A stretch of 64,000 nt of DNA from Alphaproteobacteria bacterium (GTDB lineage Bacteria; Pseudomonadota; Alphaproteobacteria; MPNO01; UBA830). The translations under genes and the position numbers were made by a program. How positions within the stretch are numbered: position 1 is the stretch's first letter; each line of letters opens with the position of its first letter. Shown here in pieces: positions 38,478-48,589 of the stretch. The DNA lies in the NCBI GenBank assembly GCA_965243135.1, contig OZ251539.1, positions 4,960,001-5,024,000 of the forward strand, given 5' to 3'. Under the pieces are notes generated by a model, which was given only the letters and a program-made list of their open reading frames with translations, did no database searches and was not told the origin of the DNA.

Positions 38478-38954
38478 ATGAAACGCTTCGCAACTGTTCT
38501 CTTGCTAACGCTGTCGCCCTTCGCTGCGTTGTCCGCCGAGAAGAGGGTCGCGCCCGAGGTCTTCGTTCCCGAAGACCGCAAGATCTACGACACGATAAAA
38601 TATTCGCCGGCGGTGCGCGTCGGCGACACGTTGTATCTTTCAGGCGTGACGGGAACGCAGGTGGCCAGGGATGCCGACGAAGAGACTCTGAGAGCGAATT
38701 TCGTAAGCATCTTCGAACGGATCGCGACCACTCTCGCGAAGGCCGGCGCCAGTTGGGACAACGTGGTGATGATGCGCTCCTACCATCTGGACTACGTGAA
38801 GAACTTCTTCATCTTCAACGAAGTGAAGAACCGGTACATGAAGGAACCCTACCCTGCGTGGTCCGCCTTGGGCGTAGCGGAACTGACGCCTGGCAGCGTG
38901 GCTGAGGTGGAAGTGATCGCCTGGCTGGGCGGCGTCCGCACGGAAGCCGAATAA
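38478..38954 (+). CDS. RidA/YjgF family protein with N-terminal signal peptide
   Basis: YSPAVRVGDTLYLSGVTG and PAWSALGVAEL...AEVEVIA motifs. Leader MKRFATVLLLTLSPFAALSA. Confidence 0.85.
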   Translation: MKRFATVLLLTLSPFAALSAEKRVAPEVFVPEDRKIYDTIKYSPAVRVGDTLYLSGVTGTQVARDADEETLRANFVSIFERIATTLAKAGASWDNVVMMRSYHLDYVKNFFIFNEVKNRYMKEPYPAWSALGVAELTPGSVAEVEVIAWLGGVRTEAE

Positions 38955-39020
38955 CCGCGAGGTTTCGCGCCGGCGATCGTCCCGGCAACCGCGCCCGTTC
39001 CGCCTCCCGCGGGGGGAAGG

Positions 39021-40022
39021 TCAGCGTGCGGAACAGCCGTTCTCGATACGAAAGAGTCTGGCGGCGTTGCCGCCAAGGATCGCCTTGGTGTCGATCTCCG
39101 CAAGTTTCGCTTCATGGACGATGCGGCAGGGCGTCATGTCGCCGATGGGAAAGGGATAATCCGAACCCAGCACTACCCGTTCGGCGCCGAAGAGCTCGCA
39201 CAGAAAACGCAATGTCCGCGCGTCGAACAGCACGGTATCGTACCAGAGCCTGCCCATCTGGGCGACGGGATCGGCGTATCCGTCGTCCCGGTGCATCTCG
39301 TAGTTGCGGTTCATGCGGCCGAGTATATAGGGCAGCGCCCCGCCGCCATGGGACAACACCATCTTCATGCCGCCGTATCTGGTGAAGTGCCCGGCAAAAA
39401 CCATGCGCGCCACTGCCGTCGTCGTGTCCACGCCGCGTCCGACCGCATTGATCATGTCGTAGTCGAGCAGCCGGTCGTCGCCGCAGCCGAACATCGGGTG
39501 CATGTAGATCGTCGCGCCGAGTTCGGACGCCGCCTCCCAGAAAGGGTCCAGGTCCGGATCGTCGAGATTGCCATGGCCGCCGCGGGGCTGGGTGCCGATC
39601 ATCGCGCCCGCAAAGCCGGCGGCTGTCGCCTCGCGCAGAACGTCGGCGGCGAGCCGTCCGTTCTGAAGCGGGACGGTCGCGAGCGGTTCCATCCAGGGCT
39701 TGTTCCGCATCGCTTCGAGAAGATGCTCGTTCATGAAGCGGCTCCACGCGGCGCCCTCGTCGGCCGGGATCTCGTAGGCGAAGCTGTCGAGCCATCCCCC
39801 GGAAACCTGCACGTCGATGCCGTTCTCCCCAAGCCAGCGCTCGCGCGTCTCGAGTTCGCGAAGCCGGGGCATGACGGGCCGCGTCGGCGCGCCGCCCATG
39901 AACGCTAGCCTGAACGCGTCGCCTTCTTTCAGCACCTCGACGCTGGCGAACTTCTCCTTGCCCGCGACAACGGCGTCGAGCATGGACTGGGGCACGAAAT
40001 GGGCATGGGTGTCTATGATCAT
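39021..40022 (-). CDS. Amidohydrolase-2 family protein (ACMSD-like decarboxylase/hydratase)
   Basis: MIIDTHAHF start, IYMHP, SHGGGALP and LGSDYPF motifs. ATGA overlap with the upstream stop. Confidence 0.88.
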   Translation of the reverse strand: MIIDTHAHFVPQSMLDAVVAGKEKFASVEVLKEGDAFRLAFMGGAPTRPVMPRLRELETRERWLGENGIDVQVSGGWLDSFAYEIPADEGAAWSRFMNEHLLEAMRNKPWMEPLATVPLQNGRLAADVLREATAAGFAGAMIGTQPRGGHGNLDDPDLDPFWEAASELGATIYMHPMFGCGDDRLLDYDMINAVGRGVDTTTAVARMVFAGHFTRYGGMKMVLSHGGGALPYILGRMNRNYEMHRDDGYADPVAQMGRLWYDTVLFDARTLRFLCELFGAERVVLGSDYPFPIGDMTPCRIVHEAKLAEIDTKAILGGNAARLFRIENGCSAR

Positions 40023-42430
40023 CGGTTCGCTTTCCCGGTTGTTGCGGCGTGGACGGCAGCCTCGATATCGCAAGGCCGGATCGGCAATTCGTCGATCCTG
40101 ACGCCGAGAGGCGCAAGCGCGTCGTTTACGGCCGACGCCACCGCGGCCGGCGCGCCGAGATAACCGCCCTCGCCCGAGCCCTTCTGGCCGAGCGAGGTCA
40201 TGGGCGACGGCGTGCAGTGCGCGATTTCGTCGACGGGCGGGATCTCGCGCGCGGAAGGCAGGAGGTAATCGACGAACGTCCCGGCCAGAAGCTGGCCGTT
40301 CCCGTCGTATTCGAATTTCTCGTAAAGCGCCGCCCCGATGCCGTGCGCGACTCCCCCGATCATCATTCCCCGCACGATGTCGGGGTTGATCGGCGTGCCG
40401 CAGTCGTGCGCGACGAAATAGGCGCGGAGCGTCACCTTGCCGGTGTCGGGGTCGATTTCGACCAGCGGCACGTGGGCCTGGAACGAGAAGCACGGATACA
40501 GCGCCACCTCGTTGTTCTCGTCGGGCAACCGGCCGCCGCCGGGAACCTGCTGCACCGCCATCGCCTGCAGACCGAGTTCCTGGCCGGGCGGCATCCGGTG
40601 GAACTGCTTGTGCGCGATATGCGCGACCTCTTCCCAGGAGAGGGACCTCGAGGGCTCGCCCCGCACCGAAAACGTTCCGTCCGCATACTCGATCCCGTTC
40701 TCTCCCGCGCCGAGATCGTGCGCCGCGATCGCGATCATCTTCTCCCGGATCTCGCGCGCCGCCGTCGAGGTGGCGGTGCCCAGCACGATCGCCATGCGGC
40801 TCGCGACCGGACTCCGGGTGGGCAGCGCTTCCAGAGAATTGCCGTGAACCACGCGAATCGCGTCGGGGTCGCGTTCCAGCTCCTCTCCGGCGATCGTGGA
40901 AACGAGGGTTTCGTGCCCCTGTCCCGACGTGGTGGTGCACATCGCGGCGGTAATCGCGCCTGTCGGTTCGACCTTGAGCAGCACGGATTCGACGAACGTC
41001 GTGATCCGGAGTTTCGGGTTGAACATGTACTCGAAGATGTTGTTGCCGCCGCCCGGCTCCAGACAGGTCGCGACGCCGACGCCCGCGAGCTTTCCGTCGG
41101 CGCGAAGCGCGTCGCGGCGCGCGACGAGCGCAGGCCAGTCCGCGATTCGAAGCGCCTCGTCGAGCACCTCGTGGTAATCTCCGGAATCGTAGATCGAACC
41201 GGTCGGCATCTTCCACGGAAATTCGTCCTTGCGAACGAGGTTGCGTCGCCGAACCTCCAGCCGGTCGATGCCGAGATGCGCCGCCACGTGCTCCATGCCG
41301 GTTTCGACGGCGAAATTGGTCGGCGACTGCCCGAAACCGCGCACCGGCACCTGGCCGGTCTTGTTGGAAACGACCGAAATCGCCTCGTACCCGATCGAGT
41401 TCATGCGGTACGGGCCGCACAGGGCGGTTATGGGCTTGCCGAGCTGCAACGGCGCGCGTCCGGGGTAGGCGCCGACGTCGTCCAGCGCCCGAATCTTCAT
41501 GGACTTCACGACGCCCTCGGCGTCGAAAGCCATGGTCACGTCGAAGATCCTGTCCGGTCCGTGAGCGTCGCCGCCCGACATGTTGTCAAGGCGATCCTCG
41601 ATGAAGCGCACGGGCGCGCCCAGCTTTCTCGCGAGATAGCCGGCGAGCACGGTATGCTTGATGCCGCGTTTGACGCCGTACGAGCCGCCCACGTCCACAT
41701 CGTTGTGAACGCGCACGCCGTTCATCGGGAGACGCAGGGCGGCGGCGATCTGGTCCTGGTACTGCGGCATCTGGATCGACGCCCAGACGTCGAGGATTTC
41801 CGAGACGTCGTCCCATTGCGCGACGACGCCGAACGTCTCGATCGGCACGGTCGACGAGCGTCCCCAGCGCGCCCGGTAGGACACCTTGTGGGGCGCCCCG
41901 GCAAAATCCTCCTCCACCGGCCCCCACGCGAAAGCGCCGCGAAACAGGACGTTGCTGCCGTGCTCGGGATGCACCAGCGGCTGGTCCGGCTCGACCATTT
42001 TTTCGGAGTCCGCGGCAGCCGGCAGCGCTTCGTACTCGACCGCGACCAGTTCCGCCGCATCCTCGGCCACGTGACGGGACTCGGCGACGACGGCCGCGAC
42101 CCACTCCCCGGCGTACCGGGTCATTCCGACCGCGAGCGGAAACCATTTGACGTTCGGTATATCGAGACCGTGATAAAGGGAAGCCGTGCCAGCGGCGATC
42201 TCGTCTCCGGTGAGCACGTAACGGACGCCCGGAACCGTCAAGGCCGCGGCGGCGTCGATATTCAGGATGTTCGCGCGAGGGTGGGGGCTCGGCAACATCG
42301 CGACATGAAGCATGCCCGGCAGATGGACATCGGCCACGAACTTGCCGCGCCCCGAGACGAACCGGCGGTCTTCCTTCGTGCGCCGCTTCCGCGAAACGTA
42401 ACGGTAGTTCGGAAGGCGCGTCTCAGCCAT
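40019..42430 (-). CDS. Xanthine dehydrogenase family molybdopterin-binding large subunit
   Basis: EDRRFVSGRGKFVAD, DVGGSYGVK, PVRGFGQ, GQGHET, HDCGTPINP and KGSGEGG motifs. Confidence 0.93.
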   Translation of the reverse strand: MAETRLPNYRYVSRKRRTKEDRRFVSGRGKFVADVHLPGMLHVAMLPSPHPRANILNIDAAAALTVPGVRYVLTGDEIAAGTASLYHGLDIPNVKWFPLAVGMTRYAGEWVAAVVAESRHVAEDAAELVAVEYEALPAAADSEKMVEPDQPLVHPEHGSNVLFRGAFAWGPVEEDFAGAPHKVSYRARWGRSSTVPIETFGVVAQWDDVSEILDVWASIQMPQYQDQIAAALRLPMNGVRVHNDVDVGGSYGVKRGIKHTVLAGYLARKLGAPVRFIEDRLDNMSGGDAHGPDRIFDVTMAFDAEGVVKSMKIRALDDVGAYPGRAPLQLGKPITALCGPYRMNSIGYEAISVVSNKTGQVPVRGFGQSPTNFAVETGMEHVAAHLGIDRLEVRRRNLVRKDEFPWKMPTGSIYDSGDYHEVLDEALRIADWPALVARRDALRADGKLAGVGVATCLEPGGGNNIFEYMFNPKLRITTFVESVLLKVEPTGAITAAMCTTTSGQGHETLVSTIAGEELERDPDAIRVVHGNSLEALPTRSPVASRMAIVLGTATSTAAREIREKMIAIAAHDLGAGENGIEYADGTFSVRGEPSRSLSWEEVAHIAHKQFHRMPPGQELGLQAMAVQQVPGGGRLPDENNEVALYPCFSFQAHVPLVEIDPDTGKVTLRAYFVAHDCGTPINPDIVRGMMIGGVAHGIGAALYEKFEYDGNGQLLAGTFVDYLLPSAREIPPVDEIAHCTPSPMTSLGQKGSGEGGYLGAPAAVASAVNDALAPLGVRIDELPIRPCDIEAAVHAATTGKANR

Positions 42431-42911
42431 CGGCGCCGCCTTCGCGCCGACGGCGCGCGGCCAGCCGCACCGCCTCGACGATCTGCTGATAGCCGGTGCA
42501 ACGGCAAAGATTGCCGCCTATGGCGTCCCGAATGGCGTCGTCGTCCGGGTCCGGGTTTTCCTCGAGAAGGGCATGGCTCGCGATCAACATGCCCGGCGTA
42601 CAGTAGCCGCACTGCAAGGCGTGGCATTCCCAGAACGCATCCTGCAGATCGCCGAGCCCTCCGCCGTCGGCCGCCAGTCCCTCCACCGTCGTCACCTCGT
42701 GGCCCTCGGCCTGGACCGCGAACATCAGGCAGGAACGCACCGGTACGCCGTCGAGCAGAACCGAACAGGCCCCGCAGATTCCGTGCTCGCAGCCGACATG
42801 CGTGCCGGTCATCCGCAGGACGTCCCGGAGGCAGTCGACGAGCGTCATGCGCGGCGGCACGACCGCGGTGCGATCGCCGCCGTTGACGCGAAGCCGGATC
42901 GCGTCGGTCAC
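42423..42911 (-). CDS. Mo-hydroxylase small (2Fe-2S) subunit, CoxS-like
   Basis: GCEHGICGAC, QCGYCTPG and GNLCRCTGY motifs. GTG start overlaps the upstream TGA. Confidence 0.93.
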   Translation of the reverse strand: MTDAIRLRVNGGDRTAVVPPRMTLVDCLRDVLRMTGTHVGCEHGICGACSVLLDGVPVRSCLMFAVQAEGHEVTTVEGLAADGGGLGDLQDAFWECHALQCGYCTPGMLIASHALLEENPDPDDDAIRDAIGGNLCRCTGYQQIVEAVRLAARRRREGGADG

Positions 42912-43771
42912 GCTCGGGCCACCGCCGCGGCGATGGCCCGAGCCGCAAGGCGCCGAGCGACGCGGCGACGGTAATCGGCGGTGGCATGGACGTCGGTCTC
43001 GGGCGAGATCGCGTTCTCCAACCCGTTCAACGACGCTTCGACGGCGAGATCGTCCGGCGTCCGGCCGACAAGCGCAGATTCCGTTTCTCGCAGCCGCACC
43101 GGCGCCGGCGCGACTCCGCCGACGGCGACGGCGGCGCGTTCGACGGCGCCGTCTTCGTCCAGCGCGATCTGGGCGGCGGCGGCGACGATCGCGAAATCGC
43201 CCTCGCGGCTCGCCATTTCCCGGAAGGAGCTGCCGACGCGGCGGGTTCGCCAGACCGGGAAGCGGATTTCCGTGAGGATCTGATCCGCTTCGATGCCGGT
43301 GACCATGGCCGTCTCGAAGAAGCCGTCGATGGAAAGGTTCGCCTCGCCGTCCGCGTCGCGAACCGTCAGCTCCGCGTCCAGCGCGAGAGCGACGAGCGGA
43401 ATCTCCGCCGACGGATCGCCGTGGACGATGCTGCCGCCGACGGTGCCGCGGTTGCGGGTCTGCTGATGGCCGACATGCCGGATCGCCTCGGCGAGCAGCG
43501 GCAACTTTTGCGCAACCAGATCCGATCGCTCCACGTCGCGTTGCCGCGTGAGCGCGCCCACGGCGACCGTCTCTTCCCAATCGCGGATTCCGTTGAGTTC
43601 GTGCAGATCGTTGATGTCGACCAGCATGTCGGGACGCGCGAGGCGCATCGCCATCAGCGGCACCAGCGTTTGCCCCCCGGCAATGATCTTGCGCTCGCCG
43701 GAACCGGCCAGCAAGCGGCATGCCTCGTCCAGCGATCCCGCGCGGACGTACTCGAACGCAGCAGCCTTCAT
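42908..43771 (-). CDS. Mo-hydroxylase medium (FAD-binding) subunit, CoxM-like
   Basis: MKAAAFEYVRA, IAGGQTLVP and RNRGTVGGSIVHGDPSAE motifs. Confidence 0.93.
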   Translation of the reverse strand: MKAAAFEYVRAGSLDEACRLLAGSGERKIIAGGQTLVPLMAMRLARPDMLVDINDLHELNGIRDWEETVAVGALTRQRDVERSDLVAQKLPLLAEAIRHVGHQQTRNRGTVGGSIVHGDPSAEIPLVALALDAELTVRDADGEANLSIDGFFETAMVTGIEADQILTEIRFPVWRTRRVGSSFREMASREGDFAIVAAAAQIALDEDGAVERAAVAVGGVAPAPVRLRETESALVGRTPDDLAVEASLNGLENAISPETDVHATADYRRRVARRLAARAIAAAVARA

Positions 43772-43879
43772 GTCCGGTGGCCCCGGATCGTTTCACCGGG
43801 GCGGTGTATATCTCAATCGCCGAACCTGCGATAGCCGGGGCGCAGGCATCCAAAACGACTGCGAGCCGGCCCCTCGCGA

Positions 43880-43960
43880 CGGTCGGTCAGGATCTCGCTC
43901 CTGCGGCAGCCAGTCAGCGACAGCAGGCGGACGGTCGCGGCCCGCCAGAACCGCTCCGAG
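43880..43960 (-). pseudogene. Short tyrosine-recombinase/integrase remnant
   Basis: Translates as AATVRLLSLTGCRRSEILT, the box-I catalytic Arg motif of phage integrases. No full ORF around it. Confidence 0.55.
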
Positions 43961-45762
43961 ACAACGGATCTCCAACCGTCGAAAGCCCGCCTTGTTTCTC
44001 GCCATGGAACGCTGGAGCACACTCACTGCCCCTTTCCGGCGTCGATCAATTCCCAAATTTTCCTCGGAGTGACCGGCATGCGGATGTCCCGGACGCCGAA
44101 AGGGCGCAACGCGTCCACGAAAGCGTTGACCAGCACCGCCAGCGCGGGAGTCGTTCCTCCCTCGCCCCCGGCCTTGACGCCGAGCGGATTGGTCGGCGAC
44201 GGCACCTCGTTTCGCGCCGTGACGAAAAACGGATACTCGTCGGCGCGCGGCATTTGATAATCAATGAACGACCCGGCAAGGGGCTGCCCCGAGTCCTCGT
44301 CCAACGCGCACAACTCGCCGAGCGCCTCGCCCGCGCCCTGAACGATTCCGCCATGGGTCTGCCCGTCCACGATCATCGGGTTGATAGCGCGACCGACATC
44401 GTCGACCGCCGTATAGCGCGCTACCCGGTAAGCGCCCGTTTCAGGATCGACTTCGACCTCGCAGACATGGCAGCCGTTGGGAAACACAGGCGTTTCCATG
44501 ACGTTGTCCTCGACGACCGAAAGGCCGCCGGCACGACGGGACCGGCTGTCGACGTCGCGCGCAAGTTCGAACAACCCGATATCGCGGTCCGTGCCCGCGA
44601 TCCGAAACCTGCCGCCGACGAACTCGACGTCGGCGTCCGCGGCCTCCATCGCGACCGCCGCCAGCCTCTTGCCCTTCCGGATCAGCGATTCCGAAGCCTT
44701 GACGATCACGGCGCCCGCCATGCGCATGGAACGGCCCGAATGGGAACCGCCGCCCACCTTCACGATGTCGGTGTCGCCCACGATTACGTTGACCTGGTCC
44801 ACCGCTACGCCCAGCCATTCGGCGGCCACCTGGGCGAAACTGGTTTCATGTCCCTGCCCGCTCGGTTGCGTGCCGATGACGAGATCGATCCGCCCCTCCG
44901 GGCGCACGCGGATTTCCGCCTGCTCCCGCGGCGTGCCGATCGAGGATTCGACGTAGTTGGCGATTCCCCGGCCGAGCAGCAGTCCACGCGCCTCGGCGGC
45001 GGCGCGGCGCGCCGGGAACCCCGGCCAGTCGGCGCGCCGCATCGCCATTTCCATGCTTTTCGCATAATCGCCGCTGTCGTAGGTCATGCCGACGGCGTTC
45101 GGATAGGGCATGCGTTCCCGCGGCACGAGGTTTCTGCGCCGCAGATCGATGGGATCGAAGCCCAGGTCGCGCGCCGCCGTTTCCACCAGCCTTTCGATCG
45201 CGAAGGTGACTTCGGGACGTCCCGAACTGCGATAGGCGTTGGTGGGAGGCGTATTGCTGAACGTCGCGCGGGCGCGCAGATGCGCCGCCGGAATGAGGTA
45301 GGAGCCCGTGATCAGGCCTGACCCCTTGCTGAGCGGCGACAGGGAAACCATGTGCGCACCGACGTTGCTGAGATTGTCGGCGCGCAGCGCGAGAAAGCGG
45401 CCCGTCCGGTCGAGCGCGAGGGCGACCCTTGTGACGAGGTCGCGGCCCTGGTAGTCGCTGACGAAGGAATCGCTTCTCCGGCAGATGAACTTGACCGGCC
45501 GTCCCAACTTGCGGGACGCCCAGGCGACGAGGGGGAACTCCACGTAAAGCCGGTTGCGCGTCCCGAAATTGCCGCCGACGTCCCTGGAGATCACGCGCAC
45601 GTCCTCGGGGGCGGCGCCAAGCACCGACGCTATTTCGCGTTTCTGGCGAACGGATCCGCCGGAGCCCGCATAAATCGTGTAGCGTCCCGTTTCCGGGTCG
45701 AAATCTCCGAGCGCCGCCCGCGGCTCCATGGGAACGCCGGTGACCCTGTCGACATGAAACTG

Positions 45763-47411
45763 CAGCAATTCCCGCTAAGGCTCGAAACCCTTGAAAAATA
45801 TGGGGCCGGAAAAAAGTCTTTCGTGGACTTTTCGAGGTGATTCGGGGCTATTTGCCTTCGAGCGGAGCATTTTTCTCTGGAAAGTGGTCCGAAGGCGAGG
45901 CGGGATTGTAACCAAAATGGCCAGAATGCCAGGCATGCGCAAGACGCTCAGCGCTCCGGGATTGCTGAAGGAAGTGCGAGCTTGTTTCGACCGTATCGAA
46001 GATCCGATCGCGAGCAGGGGGCTGAACCAGACGGACTGTCTGATGTCGGGTCTAGCGGTGTTCGGTATGAAGTATGCGTCGCTTCTGCAATTCGACGAGG
46101 CCGCGCACGCCGACGAAGTGGTTCGGCACAACCTCGCGACCTTATACGGCGTCAAGCGCGTGCCGTCGGACACTGCGATGCGCGAACGGCTTGACGAAGT
46201 CTGTCCGCGGCAATTGCGGCGTTGTTTCACGAAGATGTTCCAGGTTTTGCAACGAGGCAAGGGATTGGAAGAATACACTTGTCTGAACGGGCATTACGCT
46301 CTTTCGATCGATGGAACGGGATACTTCTCGTCGGACAAGGTGCACTGTAAAAATTGCTGCGAGAAACACCACCGCGACGGTACGATTACCTACTACCACC
46401 AGATGTTGGGAGCCGTTCTGGTGCATCCGGAACAAAAGGAGGTTTTTCCGTTTGCACCGGAACCGATCCTGAAGGAAGACGGCGCAAAAAAGAACGATTG
46501 CGAACGCAACGCAGCGAAACGGCTTCTGAAAGATGTGCGTCGCGAACACCCGCACCTGAAGCTGGTTGTGTTGGAAGATGGGCTGGCCTCGAACGGACCG
46601 CATGCCAATCTTCTCAAGGAGTTAGACATGCGTTTCATACTGGGGGCGAAGCCCGGCGACCACAAGTTCCTGTTCGAGTGGGTCAACAACGCGCCGTCCG
46701 TGGAGCGCCGGGAGTTCACGGACGGTGACAACATACGGCACGAATTCCGGTATCTTAACGGAGTGCCTCTGAACGATACGCACTTCGACCTCAAAGTGAA
46801 CTTTCTCGAATACTGGGAGAAGCTCCCAAACGGCAAGAAACAACGTTTCTCCTGGGTCACGGATCTGCCAATTGACGAAGGGAACCTGATGGAGTTGATG
46901 CGCACCGGGCGGGCGCGCTGGAAGATCGAGAACGAAACTTTCAACACCCTGAAGAACCAAGGCTACTGCTTTGAGCACAACTTCGGTCACGGTAACAAGA
47001 ATCTGTCGACGGTCTTTGCGTTCCTGATGATGCTGGCGTTCCTGATTGACCAGATTCAACAGCGATGTTGCAAACTGTTCCAACAGGCGCAAACGAAGGC
47101 CAAGCGGCCCATTTACTTCTGGGAAAAGGCGCGGGGATTGTTTCTCGAATACTTCTTGAAGGACTGGGAAACACTCTACCGAATGATCGCGTTTGGATAC
47201 CGGAAAGCAGAGGGAATTCCCTACGACACCTCCTGACCTGGCACCGTGACCGAATGTGCTAAAGCAAGTTTTTCAGGGGAAACAGGATGGTCAAGGCTAA
47301 GTCGGCACCAAGCCGAAGCGGGGAAGGTGCGTCGCGGCGGCTGGTCCCTCGGTAACGACGCTATCTCGACGCGCCTTTCGCAAAGGGCGGCCACCTTAGC
47401 GGGAATTTCTG
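45763..47411 (+). mobile_element. 1649-bp insertion sequence (DDE; IS4-like/ISNCY type)
   Basis: 18-bp IRs cagcaattcccgctaagg / ccttagcgggaatttctg with 1 mismatch. 9-bp TSD atgaaactg at 45754-45762 and 47412-47420. Confidence 0.93.
45917..47236 (+). CDS. DDE transposase (intact reading frame)
   Basis: SIDGTG, LEDGL and GRARWKIENETFNTLK motifs. Lower GC than the flanks. Confidence 0.9.
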   Translation: MARMPGMRKTLSAPGLLKEVRACFDRIEDPIASRGLNQTDCLMSGLAVFGMKYASLLQFDEAAHADEVVRHNLATLYGVKRVPSDTAMRERLDEVCPRQLRRCFTKMFQVLQRGKGLEEYTCLNGHYALSIDGTGYFSSDKVHCKNCCEKHHRDGTITYYHQMLGAVLVHPEQKEVFPFAPEPILKEDGAKKNDCERNAAKRLLKDVRREHPHLKLVVLEDGLASNGPHANLLKELDMRFILGAKPGDHKFLFEWVNNAPSVERREFTDGDNIRHEFRYLNGVPLNDTHFDLKVNFLEYWEKLPNGKKQRFSWVTDLPIDEGNLMELMRTGRARWKIENETFNTLKNQGYCFEHNFGHGNKNLSTVFAFLMMLAFLIDQIQQRCCKLFQQAQTKAKRPIYFWEKARGLFLEYFLKDWETLYRMIAFGYRKAEGIPYDTS

Positions 47412-48237
47412 ATGAAACTGCATCTCGACGACATGGTCCGCCGCGGCGAACGCCGCATTCGTGGCCTCGCGGTCGCCGAAGAAGGTTTCGACGCAGATAT
47501 TGCCCGGCGCAGCGTCCCACACTTCCGCCGCGCCGGGCGCGGCTGCAAGGTCCGTTCGCGACACGGGCGGCAGCGGCTCGTAGACGATGTTCACCGCCTC
47601 GACGGCGTCTTCGGCCTGCGCCAGGCTCTCGGCGACGACGATGGCCAGCGCTTCTCCTACGTAGCGGGCCTTGTCGGACGGCAGCGGCATGTGATCGCCG
47701 TAAAACACTTCGCCGCCGCCCGGTCCGTGAAGCTTCATGTCGTGTTTCGTCGACGGCGACGGGTTGTGGGGAATCGGCGAGAGGCCGTCGCAATCCGCGC
47801 CCGCGAAGACTCCCAGAACGCCGGGCAGCGCGTCGGCGTCCGACGTGTCGACGGATTTCAGAAGCGCATGCGCGTGGGGGGAACGGACAACCGCCATCCA
47901 GGCTTGCCCGGCGCGATTCCAGTCGTCGCTGAAGTGCCCCTTTCCGGTGAGAAGCCGTTCGTCCTCTAGTCTTCTGAAAGATTCACCGATCTTCTGATAG
48001 CCCATCGCCGCTTTTCGCATTATCCGACTTGATACGGCCGTGTTTCTGCACAACCGCGGAACGTTCCGCAAGCGAGAGCCCAGCCCCGCTACATATTGAT
48101 CGGAATGGATCTTGGTGAACTAAATGGCAGGACATGCACCGCACCGTTTCGCATTCTCGGCAAGGAATGCGCCACTGCTGAGACCACAGGAAACCCCCAT
48201 TTTCACAGCTGTCGCACGATCTGTCAGACTACCTTGC

Positions 48238-48285
48238 TTGACGAACGGGCCATATGGTTATTATGTTGGAACTATCACGAAGGAG
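48238..48285 (+). promoter_or_regulatory. Candidate sigma70 promoter and RBS for the HicB-like gene
   Basis: TTGACG at 48238. -10 candidates TATTAT (15-bp spacer) or TATGTT (18-bp spacer). AAGGAG at 48280, ATG at 48296. Confidence 0.4.
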
Positions 48286-48295
48286 ACAACAGGCG

Positions 48296-48589
48296 ATGAA
48301 AAGCATGGACAATAGCGCCGAGAGCCTTAGGATTCTGGTCTTCCAAGAGGAAGGTATCTGGGTCGGTCAATGCGTGGAGTATGATATTGGTGCGCAGGGT
48401 CGCTCGATTTCCGAAATGGCGAAACGCCTTGTCGCTGCCGTCGAAGCGGAAGAGCACTTCAGCAGAGAACGCCACGGCGAAGCGTTCCATGGAATTCCTG
48501 CCGCACCCGCCCATGTCGCCGATTTGTGGGCCAATGCAGATGGAAATTTGGAGGGAATCAGGCAAACTAGCGCTGCCTGTGCCCCATAA
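48296..48589 (+). CDS. HicB-like antitoxin, C-terminus replaced by the IS insertion (native end lies at 50948-50985)
   Basis: LRILVFQEEGIWVGQCVEYDIGAQGRSISEMAKRL resembles the HicB N-terminal fold. Removing the IS restores ...GIRQTSGDADRYKWAIAA*. Confidence 0.6.
   Translation: MKSMDNSAESLRILVFQEEGIWVGQCVEYDIGAQGRSISEMAKRLVAAVEAEEHFSRERHGEAFHGIPAAPAHVADLWANADGNLEGIRQTSAACAP

Larger units (their letters stand above)
44023..48005 (-). pseudogene. Second xanthine dehydrogenase family large subunit, interrupted by an IS
   Basis: The N-part (MGYQKIGESFRRLEDERLLTGKG...VEMQFH, 48005-47412) and C-part (..QFHVDRVTGVPMEPR...AYRSSGR...KAGGEGG, 45762-44023) rejoin in frame once the IS and one TSD copy are removed. 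Confidence 0.92.

Noticed and set aside
40019-48005. Aerobic CO dehydrogenase (coxMSL) call
   Set aside because: Neither large subunit has the form I AYxCSFR loop (they read PVRGFGQ and AYRSSGR), so gene symbols were withheld.
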